Notes under the pieces: model-generated
The model's database searches: none
The model's input: only the letters and a program-made list of their open reading frames with translations
What the model was told of the DNA's origin: nothing
In this document: piece by piece, positions 29,648-33,804 of the stretch
Layout of the letters: every line of letters begins with the position of its first letter
Numbering within the stretch: position 1 is the stretch's first letter
Position numbers and translations under genes: made by a program
Assembly (NCBI GenBank): GCA_963729895.1
Contig: CAVSQB010000021.1
Span: forward strand, 1 to 33,804
Origin: an uncultured Fibrobacterota bacterium
GTDB taxonomy: Bacteria > Fibrobacterota > Chitinivibrionia > Chitinivibrionales > FEN-1185
Length of the DNA stretch: 33,804 bases
Direction of reading: 5' to 3'

Positions 29648-30712
29648 TCAGAAAATAAACGAGAACGCCGCATCCGCCAGGATGATCACAAAAATGCCGG
29701 TCACCACGCACGCCGTGGTTTCCTTTCCAACGGCTTCCGCACCGCCCCGTACGCGGAACCCGTGGAACGCGCCGATCCAGATGATGAGCCAGGAAAACAC
29801 AACCGACTTCACGACATTTGCAACCACGTCGATGAAAACGATGTTCTTCATCATTTCACGGATAAAGAGCCCGGACGAAATGTCAAGGTAGAACACCGCC
29901 ACAAGATACCCGCCCAGCAGCCCGAACATCGACGCGGTGATGGAAAGCAGGGGCATGGTCACCGAAAGGGCGAAGAACTTGGGCACGATAACGAACTGCA
30001 CCGGGTGAATGCCCATGGTCCGCAGCGCGTCGATCTCCTCTCCCACCACCATGGTGGCGATCTCCGCCGTGGTCGCGCTGCCGTTGCGGCCGGTGAGAAT
30101 GATCGCCGTCATCAGGGGGCCAAGCTCCTTGATCATGGAAATCACGATCATGGGGGCAAGAAAGATGCCCGCCCCGAATTGCCTGAGCTGCATTGCCGCC
30201 TGCAGCGCGAGCACGTTGCCGATAAGAAATGAAAGCAGGCCCACGATCGCGAGCGCCTTGTACCCCATCTGGTACATCTGCTGTTCGAGGGCCCCTTTGC
30301 GGAAGTCTCGCTTCCGCAGCATGCCGAAGGTGCTCCAGTACAGTATTTCGGTGAGCATGGACAAAGCGGAAACGAGCGTATTGACTAACGCAAGCGCCGA
30401 GTCGCCGATGCCCGTAAACACGCTTTCTTTGTGCCGGGTCAGGTCCGCGCCCAACGGGGCGGGAGGAGGAAATGCGCTCAGGGCGGCCGTGAGGTCGGGG
30501 GACGCGTTACGGAGCACGAGCTTCCTGCCGGCGCGCGCGTACTGTTTGCCGATAAAAAAGAGGAGCGAGAGGCCCGCGGAGTCAACGAGTGTCGTTTTCG
30601 ACGCATCGATGACCGGGGGCGCATCGGCGCCCCGCAGGGCCAAAAGGGATTTCCCCTCCCGTTCGATCCATTCCCTGGTTACACGCGCGGGCAATTCAAA
30701 AACGGTCGTCAT
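29648..30712 (-). CDS. MlaE-family ABC permease with N-terminal STAS domain
   Basis: VDSAG STAS motif, KELGPLMTAIILTGRNGS, EEIDALRTMG, VGKETT. Confidence 0.95.
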   Translation of the reverse strand: MTTVFELPARVTREWIEREGKSLLALRGADAPPVIDASKTTLVDSAGLSLLFFIGKQYARAGRKLVLRNASPDLTAALSAFPPPAPLGADLTRHKESVFTGIGDSALALVNTLVSALSMLTEILYWSTFGMLRKRDFRKGALEQQMYQMGYKALAIVGLLSFLIGNVLALQAAMQLRQFGAGIFLAPMIVISMIKELGPLMTAIILTGRNGSATTAEIATMVVGEEIDALRTMGIHPVQFVIVPKFFALSVTMPLLSITASMFGLLGGYLVAVFYLDISSGLFIREMMKNIVFIDVVANVVKSVVFSWLIIWIGAFHGFRVRGGAEAVGKETTACVVTGIFVIILADAAFSFIF

Positions 30713-30924
30713 GAGTAAGGACCTTGGGAATCAGCCTGCAACGGGTGTTCGCTTGACACAATGGTCTATCTTACTGTCAAGGCAAACCGCCAAAACCGCC
30801 TTGACATGAATCGCCTCTAATGTGTATGAAATATTATTCGCATCAACCGTAAAATCAACACGTTGTGATGGTTCGGCAACCGCGCCGCCAAGCGGCGATC
30901 ATTCAAAATAATATGAGAAAGTTG

Positions 30925-30953
30925 TTGATTTTTTTCCATTTCCGCGATATATT
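30925..30953 (+). promoter_or_regulatory. Putative sigma70 promoter
   Basis: TTGATT-N17-TATATT upstream of ORF 31047. Confidence 0.55.
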
Positions 30954-31046
30954 TGGAGGGCTGTTTTAAGCAAAGGCCATATCCCTCGGCACTCAAAGGC
31001 TTAGCGATACGGATAACCTCCTACTGGGAAAGGATCCCAAACGTCT

Positions 31047-31514
31047 ATGCAGTTACCCAAGTCAAGGCGCCGCCAGAAATTGCGCGAAAAGAAATGCCAG
31101 TATCCGGGGTGCGGCAAGATCTTTTTCGGTATTCACATTTCAAAATACTGTCCGGAACACAGGCAGGACCGGTACCGGATCCGCAAACGGACCAAGCCCG
31201 AAGACGTCAATATCAAGAACCAGACCTTCAAGCACAATTATACCGAAGTCATTACCATGGTCCTCAATTGCGCGCTTGAGGGGTGCGACAACCAGTTTGA
31301 GGTGAAGATCTATCCCCGGCAGTACATCTACCCCAAGTACTGCCCCGAACACCGGAATGAATATAAAAGAATACGGCATTTGCGTCAAATCGGAAGAGAA
31401 GATCTTATCGAGCAGATGATGAAGGAAAGCGAAATGATGGAACTCGATCCGCCTTCAACCGCAAAAGACAAGGGGGCCGAGACGGACGACGAGGCCATCC
31501 ACGAAGTGGCCTAG
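31047..31514 (+). CDS. Hypothetical protein with two C-x4-C...YCPEH putative Zn-binding modules
   Basis: CQYPGC..KYCPEHR and CALEGC..KYCPEHR; own promoter and terminator; host-like codon style. Confidence 0.8.
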   Translation: MQLPKSRRRQKLREKKCQYPGCGKIFFGIHISKYCPEHRQDRYRIRKRTKPEDVNIKNQTFKHNYTEVITMVLNCALEGCDNQFEVKIYPRQYIYPKYCPEHRNEYKRIRHLRQIGREDLIEQMMKESEMMELDPPSTAKDKGAETDDEAIHEVA

Positions 31515-31574
31515 CCCTGTTGCCGTGCCGTCAAGGCGACAGGGGTTTGATTTTAGATAGTTCGAATCGGATTC

Positions 31575-31616
31575 AACAGGGGAGAAGGGTAACTGGCCTT
31601 TCTCCCCTGTTTTATT
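31575..31616 (+). terminator. Rho-independent terminator
   Basis: AACAGGGGAGAAGG / CCTTTCTCCCCTGTT stem followed by T-rich tail. Confidence 0.85.
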
Positions 31617-31657
31617 GGTTTGAATAGTAAAACTTTTCTTGTGTTGAGTACGGAATT

Positions 31658-31790
31658 GGGCGCCCCGTCGCTGCGCGGCGGCGGCCCTCCTTCCACGCTC
31701 GGCCTCCGGCCTCGGTACCGCCTGCCCTACGGCCTGCGGCCCGGATCAGGCGGCACTGCGGTCTGCGCACGTTCCAGTCCGGCCTGGCGC
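31658..31790 (+). repeat. Palindromic element family A, long copy
   Basis: GGGCG[hairpin]CGGCCCTCC..nested hairpins..TCCAGTCCGGCCTGGCGC. Confidence 0.7.
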
Positions 31791-31884
31791 GTGGCAGAAG
31801 AGCAATTCCACAATCGCCAAGTTACTTTAGGCGAGAATGCATCCGAAGTAAATCAAGCCCCTAACCCGTACGGCGACGCTTCGT

Positions 31885-32112
31885 GGGTGCCCCCACACGG
31901 GTGTTGACGCTTGCAACTACCTTCACAAGGGGTGCACCCAGGAGAGGGGAGCGCCGAGGGAAGCGAAACGGGCCGAGGCCGGGGGAGATACTTCTCCCCC
32001 GAAGGATTCTTTTCTCACGAGCATACACTTCCTTGGGTTGGATTCTCGCAAATAAACTCACTTGGGGGTCACCCGGCTCAGCCATCCAGATACATTTTGG
32101 TTGCATTTGGAT
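31885..32112 (+). repeat. Palindromic element family B, copy 2
   Basis: GGGTGCCCCCA...TGGGGGTCACCCGGCTCAGCCATCCAGA with a ~170-bp structured interior. Confidence 0.75.
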
Positions 32113-32281
32113 TCTCGCCCAAACTCCAATTTCTTTGCACACGCAAGCTTGCTAAAAGAGAAGGCCCCTGCCGGAGAATAGTCCAAACAAACGTAGGAAT
32201 ACTCTGACGGAAATGATATGATAAGGCGTACTTTGATCCAGGCGAGAAAGACTACAATCAAATCGAACGAGGAGGAAACAG

Positions 32282-33550
32282 ATGAGAAAACCAAGTTTTG
32301 TTGCAGCACTGTTGTGTGTGGTGCTGACAGGCGCCTCGGTGGAGGCCCAAAACGGTTGGATGATTTCCTCGAGTTCGGCGGATAATTCCCCCCCGCCGTA
32401 CTATATCTGGCACACCACCAACGGAGGGTCGTACTGGACGGTGCAATATACGGACAGCACCCAGGGCGGGTTCAATGCACTGCAATTTACCGACCTCAAC
32501 AACGGTTGGGTGGTCGGCGACAGCGGCAAGATCCTCAAGACAACCAACGGCGGGAGCACGTGGACGCCGGTCGCTAATCCAGGCCTGGGGACCCAGTGCA
32601 AGACCAAGTGCCTTTTCTTTCTCAATGCCGATGTCGGATGGCTCGGCAGCAAGACAGGCGACACCGTCAGCGGCAACATACCCGTAGTCCTCCATACGGT
32701 CAATGGCGGCGCGACATGGACCGTGCAACCCGTGCCCACCCAGACGCCTCAGATGGACTGTACAAGCGCCGACGTTTTCAGTATTTGTTTTGTCGACTCC
32801 AACAAGGGTTGGTTTTCGGGTGATCAATCCGTGGGGATGTGCAACGTACCGGAATCCCTGCAGATTTGGAATGCCGCAATCTGCAATACGGCTTCCGCCG
32901 GGGAGAACGGATGGTCGATTCAACCGAATCCCCTCGTTCATAACATCGACGCCGGCAAAGTCCAGTTTGTAAGTCCTACCGAGGGCTGGGTTTCCGCCGG
33001 GAACGGGCAACTGCTCCACACCACAAATGCCGGAGGCGCCTGGACGGCCGTCACGCCGTTCCCCAACGATACCGTGATGTCCATGTCCGATCCGTCAATC
33101 ACAATGTCGTGGGTCGATCCAACTCACGGCTGGAAAATCGGCTGGCTCGGCACGTGCTTAAACGACGCCCACGGAGCCGTGATCTACCAAACCGCCGACG
33201 GAGGCGCCACCTGGGCACGGAAAGTGCTTTCGACCGCGGCGGGTGATCTCGGCATACAGGTCCAGTTTGTTGATGAAAACAACGGTTGGGCTACCGTCGC
33301 AAATTTGTCCGGAAGCGGGAGCTTCATGCGGACCACCGATGGAGGAAACACCTGGAGTGCGATTACCATGACCCAACGGGTAGGGGGCATTTATTACTAT
33401 GTCAATTCGGGCAACGGAGTTAAAGAAAGGCTGGTGAATAACCCGCCGGACGATCAAATAAACATCTTTCCCAATCCGGCGCATGGAGCTTTTCGCATCG
33501 CTTTCAAAAATACGGCTGCAAACCCGCGCGTGGATATTTACAATGCCTAG
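32282..33550 (+). CDS. Secreted YCF48/BNR-repeat beta-propeller protein; T9SS-like C-terminal domain cut by IS
   Basis: Signal peptide, repeated TTNGGxTW and FxDxNxGW, then IFPNP...VDIYNA stopping at the IS junction. Confidence 0.85.
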   Translation: MRKPSFVAALLCVVLTGASVEAQNGWMISSSSADNSPPPYYIWHTTNGGSYWTVQYTDSTQGGFNALQFTDLNNGWVVGDSGKILKTTNGGSTWTPVANPGLGTQCKTKCLFFLNADVGWLGSKTGDTVSGNIPVVLHTVNGGATWTVQPVPTQTPQMDCTSADVFSICFVDSNKGWFSGDQSVGMCNVPESLQIWNAAICNTASAGENGWSIQPNPLVHNIDAGKVQFVSPTEGWVSAGNGQLLHTTNAGGAWTAVTPFPNDTVMSMSDPSITMSWVDPTHGWKIGWLGTCLNDAHGAVIYQTADGGATWARKVLSTAAGDLGIQVQFVDENNGWATVANLSGSGSFMRTTDGGNTWSAITMTQRVGGIYYYVNSGNGVKERLVNNPPDDQINIFPNPAHGAFRIAFKNTAANPRVDIYNA

Positions 33551-33804
33551 CAGGGTGTTGAAAAAGTCTCCCTTTTGTAAACATTTATCCTTATATTATA
33601 GGGGAACCCCAACCAAGGAGTATTGATGAGAGGTTCCCAGCCAGCCCAAGGCGGTATGTTCAGCTTCGTTTCTCCGGATTCCCGAGTGCCGGCAACGCAC
33701 CCGCTTCGTCGTGTCAAACAGTTTACGGACATAGCGCTGCGCCGCCTTTCTCGTGACTTTGAGGCGATGTACAGCCGGATGGGACGCCCTTCGATACCGC
33801 CGGA
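33551..33804 (+). mobile_element. IS5-family element (DUF772-type), left part, runs off window
   Basis: CAGGGTGTTGAAAAAGTC end following CTAG. Confidence 0.85.
33626..33804 (+). CDS. IS5-family transposase, partial N-terminus
   Basis: MRGSQPAQGGMFSFVSPDSRVPATHPLRRVK...YSRMGRPSIPP (not in ORF track). Confidence 0.88.
   Translation, partial: MRGSQPAQGGMFSFVSPDSRVPATHPLRRVKQFTDIALRRLSRDFEAMYSRMGRPSIPP

Noticed and set aside
30752..30781. CTTGACA-N16-TGTCAAG inverted repeat as an operator
   Set aside because: Single short instance, possibly overlapping divergent -35 boxes; no regulator nearby.

Overview
Bacterial chromosomal window. A Fibrobacterota (Chitinispirillales/Chitinivibrionales-like) origin is tentatively inferred from a FISUMP-type domain fragment, a T9SS-like C-terminal domain and gene style. 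Core genes: tRNA-Leu(TAG)-tig-clpP-clpX, and an MlaE/MlaF/MCE/PqiC-like lipid-transport operon ending in a 602-aa putative outer-membrane protein. A surface-polysaccharide locus (GT2, AlgJ/AlgX-like, WbsX-like, GT4 and methyltransferase remnants) is decaying. Insertion sequences are very dense: two IS5 types, IS4, IS1595, an IS91 remnant, IS1380, IS3, IS21 and an ISNCY/rve element. Bases 1-2882 form a fold-back palindrome whose garbled loop suggests a sequencing/assembly artefact. Most notable: (i) a hidden ~1-kb transposase-less cassette (18459-24734; TIR GGTRGTGTCCTAAT, 8-bp TSD CCGGGCCT). Its only cargo is a Ser1 proteasome-beta-like (Ntn) gene, it sits 15 bp upstream of a tRNA-Leu/tig-clpPX promoter candidate, and it was later hit by three ISs. 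(ii) Two families of palindromic intergenic elements with conserved ends and variable interiors. (iii) A triplicated IS91 oriIS-like end. (iv) An attC-like relic interrupted by IS5. All assignments come from reading the sequence; no database searches were run.
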